NCBI GenBank assembly: GCA_030248215.1
Contig: JASANG010003711.1
Coordinates: forward strand, 620,001 to 684,000
DNA from: Enoplolaimus lenunculus
Lineage: Eukaryota
DNA: 64,000 nucleotides
Reading direction: 5' to 3'
Under the pieces are notes generated by a model that ran no database searches, had not been told where the DNA came from, and saw only the letters and a list, made by a program, of their open reading frames with translations. This document shows, one piece after another, positions 36,901-50,155 of the stretch; position 1 is the stretch's first letter, and each line of letters starts with the position of its first letter. A program made the translations under genes and the position numbers.

Positions 36901-39900
36901 TAGGCGAACCAGAATTTTGTTGCAAGTTTGACAGATTAGAACATCTGTTAATGTTGAAATTAGTGTTCACGCCTGGGTATTTTGAAGGCACATAGGGAAC
37001 AGACGCGTCTGAGAATGCACAGGCACTTGAATGAAAAACTGACGAAGTGAGTGTCGGCTTTGGATCTAAAATTTTGAATCAAACTGGTGAACAGCAGAGA
37101 TGGAAACAGCATGGCCTGCGGTTACATATTAAGCCGTTTTGAACCAATCTATAGTACTCCATGGGGCCGACACGACAAAACGCCTGCCGCAATAAAATAG
37201 AAATAATTTAATAAATAACAAATTTTGAACAATTTTTGTGTTCTTTGTTATATTTTTTGTACTTTACAGTACAAACAATCTATATTCGTGCAACTTTAAC
37301 TTATTCCGTACTTTTTTTAGTATAATTAGCAAGCGGCGGTCGAGAAAAATTCAACAAATTATAAAAAATTATGATGGTCGATCGGACGAAATGAACGCGC
37401 CTTGCTTGGATCAAAAAATAAATCTAGTTTCGCGTGAATTTCACTTATTCAATGCCGTTATTAGCGGATTTAGCAATCAGCGCATCAGCATAAAATTTCG
37501 ATAAATGATAAAAAACTCTAGATAGATAACCTGCCAGAAACAAATTTCGCTTGTTTTGGATCCAGAAGGCTAAGAACTATGTGAAATGGGTTCCCTGATA
37601 TCGCCCCATGTGTGCAACCCAGCCCCATGTGTGCAACCAAGCCCGACCAACCCCCATTGTGCCCTACGCCCGTCCCACTTCAATCTAAAGGCTTCTGTGC
37701 CTAATCGTGTACACTTCGATTCGTCGTTAGCGTTAGTTAAAACAGTCAACGTTTTGCAAAATTTGCAAACGTTTTAATTAACAAAGCGCAGAACGTGCTC
37801 TAATTTGCATATTCGGGTTCTTCTTACTACATACAGTGAAATGTTGGACCGCTGCCAAAATTACGTATGTGGAGCATTCCAGCTTTAATGCATTGATTAC
37901 AAGTTTCGTACACTGACATTTTCACTGTCGTGCAAAACTTGAAAGCTGCACTTTTTGCTTAAAAGTCAAACTGTAGCAGATCACGATTAAACCACAACAA
38001 ATTCTACAGAAGCGTTGCGTTTTCTACAACATAAGTTAAAGCTCATTATAAGTTATTCTAAATCCCATTTTTATACCTGATTAAAAATTGGCACATATTT
38101 GTTAATTTACATATACTTTGCCTTATACCAAAATTCAAAGCAAGTAAATAAATGCTGAAACACTGCCCAAATTACGTATGTGGTGCGTTTCAGCTTTAGT
38201 GGCATAGATGAAAAAATTTCCAAAGTGTTGATTTAATTTTATAAGAAAATTTTCAAAATATTGAGAAGATACCTTGGTCCATATTCTCAAATGTGTATAG
38301 TAACTAATCATCAGTTAGTAATTGGTTTTCAAACTCACTATTGCAGTTGTTGAACTTAAAACTGGTACAGGAGTAGAGCAAATCATATGCGAAAAATATG
38401 CTAAATTTTAAGCCTCAGCATTCACTAGTTTGAAAATTACAAGACCTATCACCAACTGATAATAGGTGCTGGACACATTTCAGAATACAGACCCTGGAAG
38501 TAAGCGAAACATCATTTCAGTAGTCTAAATTTTAAATTAAATCGTGTCAATTACGAAGCTTGCAACAAAACACAACTACAAAATAAAGTTTCTACTGAGT
38601 TACTACTATTAGCGTGAACGCTATCCCAACAGCGTAAAACACATTTTAACTAAAATGAAATTTCCCCAGCTAAAGTTAGCTTGTATTGGTGTCCAATAAC
38701 TACAGAAGTCAAATTTATAACGTAACGGTTATTCTTGTATTTAAGACAAAATTTTAAAGACCTACACTTTTATTAAATTTTTCACGTTAACCAAAATTAA
38801 TTAATTTCGAATCAGTTTTACGAATGTTTTAAGCATTCCAGAGTACAGTGTGTTTACGAGTCAACCAACCCAACCATCAGAAATATATGGCGCAAGCTAT
38901 AATAGTGGAAGACACATTGCGAGCGAGATGCCAAACGTATTTTTTGCATTCAATTTCTATTGGAAGGTTTGGTTTATTAAATCTGGCACGGCAATTCACC
39001 GTGTCTGCCTTGCTACAAATCTCTTCTAGTGTGTACGCATAATACAGCGTGCTTAGCGAGATGTCTGTATTGTCAATAACCGCTGAATATTTAAGAGAGC
39101 TACAAGTCAAACGAGTTGCTTTTTTACGATCTGTGTATTATTATTAGAAGTAATTGATACACTACAGCAATTGCAAAATCTCGCTTCTTCACTAATTCTC
39201 TGTTGCAATACGGTATGCCGCACGAGCATTAAGTGATATATAAAATCGACTCACGTTTCAACAACATTTCTAATTTTTCGCCCAAAGCTTTACGTGAGCT
39301 GGCATCTAAACATTCAGCATCTTTACGTAACCACGCGAGCAAATTTTCACCTGATTTTGGTGTTGCATAAAGCCTAAATTAATTATTTTGCCAGTAATCA
39401 AATGCAACAATATACCAGTATGCGAACTTGCAAGTGATTAAATGAACTAAGCTTAGTTCGTTATTTTGGAGTTAACTTTAACCACAAATTTAAACCGACT
39501 TGGTTACAAAATATAATTTTAAATAAATTTAGTCCGGTTTAAAGGTCAAGAAATTTTTCATCGTCGCCGACAGCGAGTGTTGAGTTGATTCTCACTCTGT
39601 ATCGAATTGATACTGAATTGAAAAATTAAACCAGACTCAGTTTTACAAACTCACAGCTCTGACCGAGTAATCCAACTCATTCTAAGTTTAAATCAACTCA
39701 TTGGAATTTACACTGTTGCAACGCGATGCGCAGTGCGGCACGCACAAGTATACCGCAATCCTTATTTTAGTAGACGATGCATATAACATACCAATTCTCG
39801 TCATCATCGGTAAGATCACAGTTTTCAAAATCAATTAAATCATCTTCAGTTAAGGTCAACAAACTAATTGCACTGTTTCGTTTGTTTGCCATCTAAAGCC

Positions 39901-41748
39901 CATATAATACAACAAGATAAACGATTTGATATTTGTAAAAATATTGCTAAAAATTAACTTTTACCCAGTGAAATCCATGTACTGTGAAATATGAAAAACG
40001 TGAAAAACCTTATGACACCAGTTGTTTGATACGCGAAACAATTCTGACAATTCATTGCACGTCAAGACGAGAAGCTGTCAAACCTAACTGTACATATGCT
40101 CAATTTGCCAGCTATTGTAACCAGATCAACATGGCATTAAGAGAAGTAACAAAATTTCATTAGGAACATTGCAAGGATTTCAGATCACCTACAAACGACG
40201 TTGACAGCTTTCTGGGGGCGACATTTGTGTTCGGGGCCGAGGCCCGCCTGGCCCTTCTCGCTACGGATCCGATAAGTTGTTAATTTTTAGCAAAACAACG
40301 CAGTTGCCCTTTTTCCTAATAATTCTACCGCAGCCAAAGCGAGAAATTTTTGTATTCATTTCAAACTTAGTTTGCCCGATATTTAGAAGCTTGACATCAC
40401 TACAATATCAAGCTCATCTCGTTTAATAGACGAAATTCAAAATTTGCCATAAATCACTACAGTATGGTCAAAATTCGGTTCGCACGTCATATCTCAACCG
40501 CTGTACGCTGCCGTAGTGCAATCAATTGCATGTGGCAAACTGTCTTTACTTTCCGTTCGTCTATTCATTAGCTGCATAATTATACTTGAATTATGTTTCG
40601 TGGGAAGGTCCATCTTTATTAATGCACAGGCCCATGTAAAGATCAGAGGCGGAACGTTTTTCTGTGAGACTACAATAGAGTAAGCTTAAGCTTTACACCA
40701 CTTTTTCGCTTGGCTTAGGCTTAGGCTTTGCTTGGCTTATGTTTAGGCTTAGGCTTAGGAATATGCTCATTCTTAGGCTTAGGCTTAGGAATATGCTCAT
40801 TCTTAGGCTTAGGCTTATGCTTAGGAATGTGCTTATAATACTGTTCCGCCCGTGTTCTTTACATAGGTCAATACACTTAACGAACCAGTTAAACTTGATA
40901 CTCAATATATACAAAAAGATATATGGATCTAATATGCTGGAATAATATTACCGTGGATTACAATTTAACCTGAAGTTCTAACTATCCAACCACACCATAA
41001 GTAAGACTAAGAGTCCAACTTTAATAAACTCGTTGTTTTACCCGATTCGCCGGCACTGAGGTTTTGTTCTCCACATTGGTGTTTTGCCCAATTTCATAGT
41101 TCATCAGTATGTCAGGATTGCGGTCTTCAAGATGTTTTACGATCTTGCGCAAACGCTAAAAACGCAAAAACTAAAATATTCAATTGAATTATTGAAGACG
41201 GCATATATAAAGAGCGAAGAACAGTGAGAATATATTAACACCCGAAATGGCAAAGGACACGAAAAAAATAACACTTTACCGGATTCAGAACAACTTTTTG
41301 GATACTAGAAAGGTTAAAATATTCTTTTATGAAATTTTACTCTCTCGAACCGAGATAACGGCTACGCTCATTCATGAAGACTGTGCTTATACATCAATAC
41401 ACACGGAAAAGCCAGCGCAAATCGAAAAATATTTTGCAAATCCTAGCATCCATATAGAACACATACACATGTGTAAATCACATTTTTAAATAAAGTATTG
41501 GGATAGTAAAATTCCGTGATTTTTTGAGGAAACAAATTTTCTGCTGGTAACGCAACAAACCCGCTTTCGAAAATTTCATAAAACTTAACTTTAACAGTAT
41601 TTGCAAAATTATGGCTAAGCTGCTGGCTATTGGCTACAGATACACAGTTAAGAACAGTGTTGTTGCCCAATCACATTCCAAAAACAATAATTGAACAATA
41701 AACACTGACTTGAATCTCCTGCGGATCAACATTTCGTAAAAAATCCAT
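27929..41748 (-). CDS. SLAIN: SLAIN-motif family microtubule plus-end tracking protein (SLAIN1/2-like), ~717 aa
   Basis: In-frame GT-AG exons: 41748-41710, 41155-41042, 39892-39792, 39373-39255, 37569-37531 (optional, less certain), 37065-36499, 33765-33514, 32138-32091, 31493-31254, 30536-30390, 29176-29013, 28733-28492, 28010-27929. Conserved blocks: N-terminal EIQRLRKIVKHLEDRN coiled coil, DDDENWLYATPK...LLAWLR...RKALGEKLE, DIQARASEQEKDLRQ, SLPNL, the SxIP motif SRIP, and C-terminal WNDGCY* (vertebrate SLAIN2 ends WRDGCY). Confidence 0.88.
28246..28449. mobile_element. ~200-bp MITE; further copies at ~36081-36255 and ~38283-38487
   Basis: Shared ATTCTCAAATGTGT 5' ends and inverted (A)CATTTCAGAATA 3' ends, with similar internal sequence in all three copies. 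Confidence 0.7.
31061..31131. repeat. 22-bp tandem repeat, ~3 copies
   Basis: AACACATGATTGCAAATTTTTA x3. Confidence 0.85.
31579..31851. mobile_element. MITE with AAGAGTGTGCAAC-type TIR; a larger related copy at ~60643-61455
   Basis: CAAAGGTGTGCAAA...CAGTTGCACACTCTTG; internal CGTTGCGTTTTT / AAAAACGCAACGCG and CCCCC/GGGG blocks are shared with the 60643-61455 element. Confidence 0.65.
32241..33170. mobile_element. Tc1/mariner-like non-autonomous element with internal 24-bp minisatellites
   Basis: TA-CAGTCACGGACAGAATTAAG ... CTTAATTCTATCCGTGACTG-TA (20-bp TIR, TA TSD); internal GCGACCACAGTAACAACCGCGACT-type and CGGTTACA...AAAATT 24-mers. Confidence 0.85.
33184..33458. repeat. 139-bp tandem duplication (2 copies)
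   Basis: TTCAAGTTAGTTTACGCAG...CACCCCGAAAAT at 33184 and 33323, with about 3 mismatches. Confidence 0.9.
35088..35468. repeat. 19-bp minisatellite, ~20 copies, with three unit variants
   Basis: TAGG(C/T)TCTGTTGTAAT(G/T)TT tandem array. Confidence 0.95.
40629..40869. mobile_element. TTAGGC-MITE copy with an internal 30-bp duplication
   Basis: GGCCCATGTAAAGATCAGAGGCGGAAC...CTGTTCCGCCCGTGTTCTTTACAT; multiple GGCTTA runs and a duplicated AGGAATATGCTCATTCTTAGGCTTAGGCTT. Confidence 0.85.
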
Positions 41749-44516
41749 ATCGTTGCCTCCAGTCAGACTTTACCAGCTTCCAAGAAAATTATTGTTCAAT
41801 AACAGAAAGACTCAACCCAATCAGGTTTAACTTTAACAGCATATCAGTAAAATAAGGCAGTTGCTTTTGTATTGCACATAAATAATAAAGCATATTTTGA
41901 ATTAATTTTAACAAAATATTACACATAAAATTAAAATAAAAATTTTAAACCCGATCCAATCAAAAATTCACTACTCTATGCAAGCATGACGGTAAAATGT
42001 GTAAAAATTGTCCCGTTTAGCACAAATGCAACATTATATTCTGCAGGTTCCGGTAGCACAAACCAACACCCAGCAGCTCTTGTACGCTCGCAATCAGTTT
42101 TTTAGTTCAAATTTTAGCAAAATTTAAGCTTAGAATGTTAGACTTAGGCATAGGGCGTTAACAAAAAGCTAAGCTTTTGTTTAAACTCAGGCTGTTTAGT
42201 GAAAAAGTGTACAATGACTAAAGCTATATCCCTTTAAGTTGTACCATTTTCCGTTACACGAAAATAATCAGTTTTCAATGGACGTCAACTGACCCTATTT
42301 GACTGGATGTGATTCACGAACCTATTTGGTTATAGTATACTCGCACGTATATGTATAAAGCTTAACAAATTCGTAATGGCGCGGCAGTATTTGCTATCCG
42401 AAAGCATAATTCGAAAACATCCTATACCGACCCTGTGGTCAATTTATTATAATTACTTATTTTCCGTTCGAACTTGCTACAATGATAAATTGAACTAAAT
42501 TCGTACATATTAAATCACACAGTTGAATGTATGTTGGACTTCGATCCGCCTTCCCTGTCTAGAAGCTAGGCGATTTTACGCCTGCAACACGGTGGTGATT
42601 GGAAAGAATATCTTTTTTTCGCAATATAACCAATCAATTCGTGTCTCAATGTTAAGCCAACCGAATAACGAACCAATCAAACGGGTATCAGAACTTTTTA
42701 GCAGCGTTGAACTACTTCAAAATCAAAACAAATCTATATTTTATTAAAATTGATTTGTCAACTTATACTAGCAGAACAAGACTGGTTAAAGTAGCTGCTA
42801 GCTTTTGCAATAGCCGAAAAAAAGAAAGGGTCATAAGTTATGAATTTTAACAATTGTTTATACAAAAATTGGCCTCTAAGCACTGAGTTACGCAGTCATG
42901 CAAATTTTCGATCACAAAAACGTTACAAGTTCAAAAATAGATATTTTAAAGATTAAAATTTGCGAGTACAACGATCAGCCGCAATCATAAGACGTTCAAA
43001 TATACAAAAAAATTCAAAATCTGACCATTTTTTGAGATAACGCCGGATGGAAGTTGAATGAAAAAACTCGAACCGTAATCAATTCTCGTTTCGCTATTAG
43101 CAAAACTTAAAAAACCTCGCTGGACAAACCCATAATAATTGTATTGAAAAATCTGCCACACGAAGCTCACAGTTAAAAATGGTCAAAATTTTAGTGTTTA
43201 CTTTAATCTTCTCTGTGTGCATAATATCATTTTACACGCAAAAACAACTCAAGTCCAACTAGCAAAAACACTTTTAAGGCGATTGTAGAGATATTTAAGA
43301 ACGAGCGTTACAGGTTTGACGTACCTCACAAACGCTACTTAAACTTTGCGTCCGTATTCGTACGGATTGCGCCAGAGTTTCTCAAATAGACGCATTGCAC
43401 AACCTAAAACGTTGAATCGAATTACTCGTTAACAGCCTGGACTTAGTGGTGTATCCAGAAAATTTCTAGTCGACGACTGTGCGATGTATAATAATGATAT
43501 ATCTGGCAAGCAAGAAGCCAAATGCAATTATATTTCTTGATCTTGCAAACAATATTTTGGTTATGTTTCAATCCGATGGTATGTTCGAATCTTGTTGGGG
43601 TGATTGTCTGGCGTCTGGGTGGGTGGTGGTCCCAAGTCTTAAAATCCGCCAGTGTAGTTGCTACTACCAATAATCCAGGTATAATTCTCTCATATACACC
43701 CGAGCAACTTCGGTCTCAGTTGTATTGACACTGCAACTGTACAGATAACAGCTAAAACAACTATAACAGGTGTGAGTAGCCAAAAACAATTAAAGATCGA
43801 ACAACAGGCAACGGTATATTTACGTTTATAAAAACTAGCTGCCCAGGTTTTTGGCTAATACACCGAGGAGTGAATAACGACCTAACCGTGCCCGGAATTC
43901 GATTTCTGTTGAGGACCCACAAAAATGGATCGATGAAAAACGCGGATCAAAGTACAAAGTACCTTGGAAGACGCATACTGCACAGTTGCGGCTAATATAC
44001 CTCCATTATAAGCCGCCCTCAACATGTCCATATACAAAGGTAACAAGGATGTATGCAAGGGAAGGAGTATATAAATGGTAGATACAATCCCATCATCTCT
44101 AGAAAGACCAAAAAACCAAAAAATCACTGTTAAAATGGTTTACATAAACCTTATCGATGCTAATGGCGCCAGGATCACCTTAACACAAAATTCTAAACCT
44201 CCGCAATGCCATCATAGCTTATCTCCGAATACAACCATCAATATAACGACCAGAACCGCCAGTGCCGTATTTATCGCCCCCATACTTCCAAATGGGGGCA
44301 TCACACCTTAGACTTAAGTAGGCTATACTTGAGCGGCCCGGGTTCAAAACCCAAAAGTAAGCTACCGATTTTTGCATCGCTCCTGAGTTTTCCTTCTCTG
44401 CTCTTCTTTTCGATCTGACTCTGCGTTGTGACATCGTATTTCCTGTCGTACATTAATATTTATGAAAATCTGTTAAACTTTATCTCGATATCTGGGTTGT
44501 ACCATAATTTACTGAG

Positions 44517-44844
44517 TCAGACGCCGGCGCGCGCCGCCGCACGACGGCGTGCGGTAATTTTTAATAATGTTTTACAGTTCCGCGCGCCTGCGCCCGGCGG
44601 CATGCGGTAAAAACTTATCCGTGCCGCGCGCCGGCGTCTGGTAGCGTGCGGCGGCATCCGGCGGCGCGTATAGCGCAACTCATAGAGTGTTTGATCTGTG
44701 CCGCTTCGTTGCGGCCGCACGCTACCAGACGCCGGCGCGCGGCACGGATAAGTTTTTACCGCATGCCGCCGGGCGCAGGCGCGGGCGGCGCGTATAGCGC
44801 AACTCATAGAGTGTTTGATCTGTGCCGCTTTGTTGCGGCCGCAC
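44517..44844. repeat. GC-rich foldback: perfect 70-bp inverted repeat plus 61-bp direct repeat
   Basis: 44583-44652 is the exact reverse complement of 44714-44783; 44660-44720 is repeated at 44784-44844 with 1 mismatch. Confidence 0.9.
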
Positions 44845-45626
44845 CAATCTTGTGATTATCTGGTTTACTCCCAACAGTACAAAACGAAGCTGTTTCATAC
44901 CCAAACATTGATTTTTGAATCGGTCAGTATATTAGCCAGGAAATTAAAAAAACTCGGGTGAGCATGTGGATGAGAGGCCTTATTCACTTTTCGGGCGCCT
45001 CGCATTAGCTTTGGGGCCCCTCAAATTGACTTTTGATAAACATCAGACACAACGCACGGCACCGGCTATGGCAACAGAACTAAACAGGTATCACTGCCCT
45101 TTCTCAAATGATAAACAATAGAAGCAATGCCAATACCCGGTGGCCAGCTTAACCTGCCTGCTAGTCTAGGCCCAAAACAGTTTCATAATGAACGTCCATC
45201 AAAACAAAATCAATTGCTGTAGTTATAGCAATACTGTATAGTTGATTGCTTTGCCTACCTGAGAGTGACAAATAGGGCACCACCAAAATATTGTATTGTG
45301 AGCGTCCAAGTTGGCCCATGAGCAAAGCGTATAATATGACGACAGTGTGACACCGGTAAACCATGTTGTTACTTTATACGCCCCATATATAAAAATTGCT
45401 TAGGGAAGTTAAAGGGGCGCAGTTGCTCCTACTGGCAAATACCTGCTAGGAATCATAAGCACTAATCTATACAATCTCAGATAGTATGGGTCTCTAGTAG
45501 TACATCAACAAATAGTCACTGGAATACAGAGTAATTGCTATGACAAGACATGGTTCGTACCAATATTTTCTTCAGGGAAAATTTGATATTGTTGGAAATA
45601 TGGGAGTATGTTAATAACAGGGCTGT

Positions 45627-45846
45627 AACAGTAGCATAAGCATATTCCTAAGCGAAATGCCTAAGCCTTAGCCTAAGCGTAAGAATGAGCTTACGCGTAA
45701 GCCTAATTCTAAAGCACAGCTTATACCTAAGACTAAGCCTATATAAGCTTTAGCCTGAGCCTATGCAAAAAACAAGTCTAAAACTCAAGCTTGCTCCATT
45801 AGAGCCGCGGAGAAAAAAACATTAGGCCCTTGATCTTTACATGGTC
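45627..45846. mobile_element. TTAGGC-MITE copy (reverse orientation, diverged)
   Basis: CATAAGCATATTCCTAAG...GCCTAAGCGTAAGAATGAGC...TTGATCTTTACATGG. Confidence 0.7.
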
Positions 45847-47951
45847 CGAAATATGTAAACAGTCCACTCTCTATTTCACTAGAATGGCAAATGAAATTTT
45901 GCCAGCGACCATTATATAATATTCGTGAAAATGCAGTCCAGGTCATCGTCAGCTTTTGAAAAGTAGTCTGGCCAGAATATATTGGTCACGAACAAGAATG
46001 TCTATTTCTCCGCAACCCGTTTGCCTCACGGTTGACCGGTTTCTGTCGCTCAGAAGTGAACTGCCGTTCATAAATCCAACTCGTTTCATGAAAGTTTCTC
46101 CACATTGTGAAGCGTTCTTCCAAAATCAAAGAATATAATCGTCAAAATTGTCTTAAATGCCCATCTTCACTAAATATAGATAGAATTCCGGACCGCCATT
46201 GATATAAAACCGCAATTGAACTTTTAATACAATTAACACCAAACCTTGTCAGCATTCGCCTTCGACTAAAAAGAACTCAACATACAACTAAAATAACAAA
46301 AATCACAAGAACACAGCAAATAAACAAATATGCTATCTCTCACAGAGTTACTTGAAAATCGCCTCAATATTGGGTTATAGGTCGACAAGCAAAGTCCAGT
46401 GGCGAAAATTTTAAATCAACTAAATTCACCAGCAAAATCTCAAGACATTTTTGATACACATCCTGTGCCAATCTATAAAAATAACTTAAAAATCTGGAAG
46501 ACTGGGTATAGCTGCACCCCTTTGCACATAGTTACCGGCAACCGTACAGACCATCAACGCCAACTTCAAGCTTTATATATAGATGACTATGCTCACTCCC
46601 CCCCCCACCCCCGTGCACGAGATATATGCTCTCTACCGCATATATTGACACTGGAACAGAAAGAGCAATGGCGTCACACTAGCTGAACACAAAACTCTCT
46701 GTGTTTCAATTGCGCACACGTATAGTTGTTGCGGGGTTGTGCACAAAAGGTTGTAGAGCCGATGGTGGTTCACACAGAACTTAAACACAATACCGAATAA
46801 AAGCCTACGGCCGAGCCTTTTGACATTAACCGTGGCACTAATACCATATAATCTGAGGAACCCGGCGGGTTCAATTTCATATATACTTTTGAAGGGATTT
46901 TTACAGCCTAATAATTGCTTTACAATAAAGCAACAAATCCTGTTACCAGTACAGGTAGAATATTTTAAACGACAACCTTGAAGCGTTCAGTTCGGAGAAC
47001 GTCGAAAGTAGCTTGTTTCCCAAACATTTTTTTCACAAAAAACTTCATTTGATCCATTGGACACAGTTTATAAACGCACATCTCTATTAAATATAATAAA
47101 ACTTTTGCGATGGATACTACGGTACGACAGTATATACAACAGGACGTCTGTCTCTTCGGATCCTGTACAATTTTTAGTTCTTCCCTTCAACGATTATCTA
47201 TGTAAACGGTTCAGCAGCAGTTTAACGGGCTTTAATTACCGAAATTTCGTGGAAAGGAAGTTTTAAAACAACTATTTGGCAACACTTGTATACTTGATTA
47301 TTACCAAATGCAACATCACTTTATTGATCTAATTTTGTTCCATGTTCGACTTTGGTTCCGGTAAACTTTGTTAATCTCTGGCTACGTTTATACCTCAGGT
47401 TACACCCTTATAGTACTCGAATAAAAATTACACATAAAAACAAATTCTTTCACCGTCTCGAGCGATAGATGCATATTTAACAAAAGATACACGTTTGAAG
47501 CAATGAAAAAACTAAACATTACATTAAGAGGTGACAAATATTTTAAACAAATCCGCCCCAAAGTGCACTTAAGTAAATATATAACAGATATAGCACAAAT
47601 GCTGCCTGTTAGGGTGTAACCGAATATCCGTTTTCGGTTCCGGCCAAAATCTATATCCGTTAGTTATAGAAATACCGCAAATTACATTGTTTATATGCTC
47701 AGATTTATTTGTATATCAGTTATAAATAACTTGGTTTCAATACAGATATACAGCAATTGTTCAATTGGAACTTAAAATGACGAAATTCGTTTAAAATCTG
47801 AAGAATTTATGTGCGCTCACTATTTTATCCCTAAAATTTTATTACTTTGTATTTATGGTTTTGGCAAAAAAATAAAATATCTTTTAAACTTTCATGCTTC
47901 AATATCGGTTTTCGTTACCTTTACTATCCGTTTCCTGTTGCTTGTGTACTG

Positions 47952-48370
47952 TAGTGACCCAAATACGAGGGGGAGTGATATTTATTTGGCCTCTCCAAAG
48001 AGTACTCCCTTGTTATTCGGTTACGGACTGTTATTTATTTCCACCCCGCCTTCCGCCACCCTTCGTTATTGATATACATCCGGCATTGCAACTATCCGTT
48101 AAACATTTTTTACCTTGCATCAAAAACTTGACTGGTAATGCAATTATACTTTGGAATGCTACTTTCAGAACTTAAAAGTACGCTTTAAAGTTTCGAACTC
48201 AACTTTATTTCGTCCTAGAGCCGTTTATGCTCTACGGTTAGGGATAATTGACATTTAGGGACTCCAATTAGGGTTTAGGGACTCTATCCGCTTACGGACT
48301 CTTATTAGGGATACAGACACCTATTGATTGAGACTCAAAATGGGGACCCCATCTCTTATTCGGGTCACTA
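47952..48370. mobile_element. MITE with TAGTGACCC(G/A)AATA TIR
   Basis: TAGTGACCCAAATACGAG ... CTCTTATTCGGGTCACTA inverted termini; related to 539-851. Confidence 0.6.
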
Positions 48371-50155
48371 CAGTATATCGATCAGTTTCAATCGTGTTGC
48401 GATATTTTTCTTTAAAACTAGAAAGTCCCGTAAATATTTGCACGCCTCAATTGGGTTGGCAGAAAAATAAAACATCTTCGAAACTTTTATACCTCAATAT
48501 CCAATCCAGTTTCCGTTTTTAATCGCTATCCGTTTCCGGTATTTTTACTTTCCGTTTAAACCCTGGCAAAATCCTGTAAAACTTTTATTTGTCCAAAACG
48601 AATACTTAAACTATTAGAATTTTACAGCTGATCTGAATCGCAAGCCGAAAATCGTGTGTAAATGGAACACTGAATTGCTCAAATCATAAATAGCTTCGCA
48701 CTTGAGACATGCTGCTGCTTCTGATGCGCATGCAAACATTAATTGCTACTATAGTAGTTGTCAGACTATAAAGCATCTTTAATCAAGGTGCAACGTGAAT
48801 CGGAGGTCAACAAGATCCGCTTAACCAGAGGCGAATCAAAAAGTGATTACCCCTTAAGATGTCCAAAAAGTTAATTGTCAGGATTTTTTGGGCTGGAATT
48901 CGTCAGATCCATATCTGACGAATGTCACAGGATGCATGTCAAACTTAGAACTATTTCTATCGTATATACGCTCACATCAAACATGAGACGATAATGGGTT
49001 GCAATTTTTTATTTCTACTGCATTGAACACACAGAATACGAAATTCATCACAGGCAAACTAGAGTATTTAATCAACAATAATAGACAAACAACGCGGATG
49101 CAATAAAACTACCAAACACAATTTGACAAAATCACAAGCAAGCTATTTACAAGAAAACAAGACAAAAACAGATATTGAACAAAACCTGATATATTAATTA
49201 AATACTTTAGGTGAGAGCTTGAAATAGAGAAACATTTCCCGTTCCATATTGTTAATAAAACCTATTTCTCTAGCTATTCTAAACAATCTAAAATATTGGT
49301 CGCTTGGGTGCAAAGCTGAACTGGATTATTCCGGAATCGGAACAGCAAATTTAAACCAGAATCGGACCTACAAAATTTTTGACTATGCGGATAACTTGTA
49401 TTAACAATGTATAATATTGATTTAGAATGCCTGTTAGCTGGCAACAATTTTCAAAGACGTCGCTTGAACAAACTGGCAATAATTTTTTGGCTCTGTAAAA
49501 CTAAACTACAATCAATTATTGACAAGGCAACATGTCGAAAACAATTTAATAGATAAATGATGTTGAATATTTATACAACATATCACTACTAGGCCTAAAA
49601 TTAAAATGTGGAAATTCGGATTCCGATTGATTGTGCAATCGGAATCGGAACTCGTTTTGAATCGGAATTCTAACCGGAATCAGAATTCTGATTGCGCCCT
49701 GATATATGGTATATCAATATTTAAAGAACGTTTGAAATGACAACTATGGTTCTACTCTAAAAAGTCAAATTACCTCCATTTCAGCTTAAGCTAATCTTGC
49801 CGTATTTTTCAAAATTTCTAGTTTAACTAATCTGTCGCTTACGGCTTAACTCATTAGAACTATCATTCATTTCTAGTTTAAACTAAACTTAATTGAATTT
49901 CGGAAAATAAAATACGATAAAATAACTAAAAATAATTTAATGCTACACTAAAACGTATCTTACTGGGCCAATACTACACTTAATAACAGTGAATTCCAGG
50001 AAACAAGACTGCGTAATTTCTTGCACATATAGTTTTTGTGCAACGCCTATATTTTAAACCAAACATAAAATTAACTCGTGTTAAACATAAAATGAATACA
50101 CAACAGCATAAACTTTGGCCATTGTTTTTAAACAATATATACGAATAATTGACTT

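Noticed and set aside
40693..40945. True chromosome end, or RLRLR/SLSLR peptide ORFs
   Set aside because: The TTAGGC runs are short, interrupted and enclosed by MITE TIRs inside an intron.
44428..44904. Arg/Ala-rich ORFs
   Set aside because: By-product of the GC-rich inverted and direct repeats; no splice or homology support.
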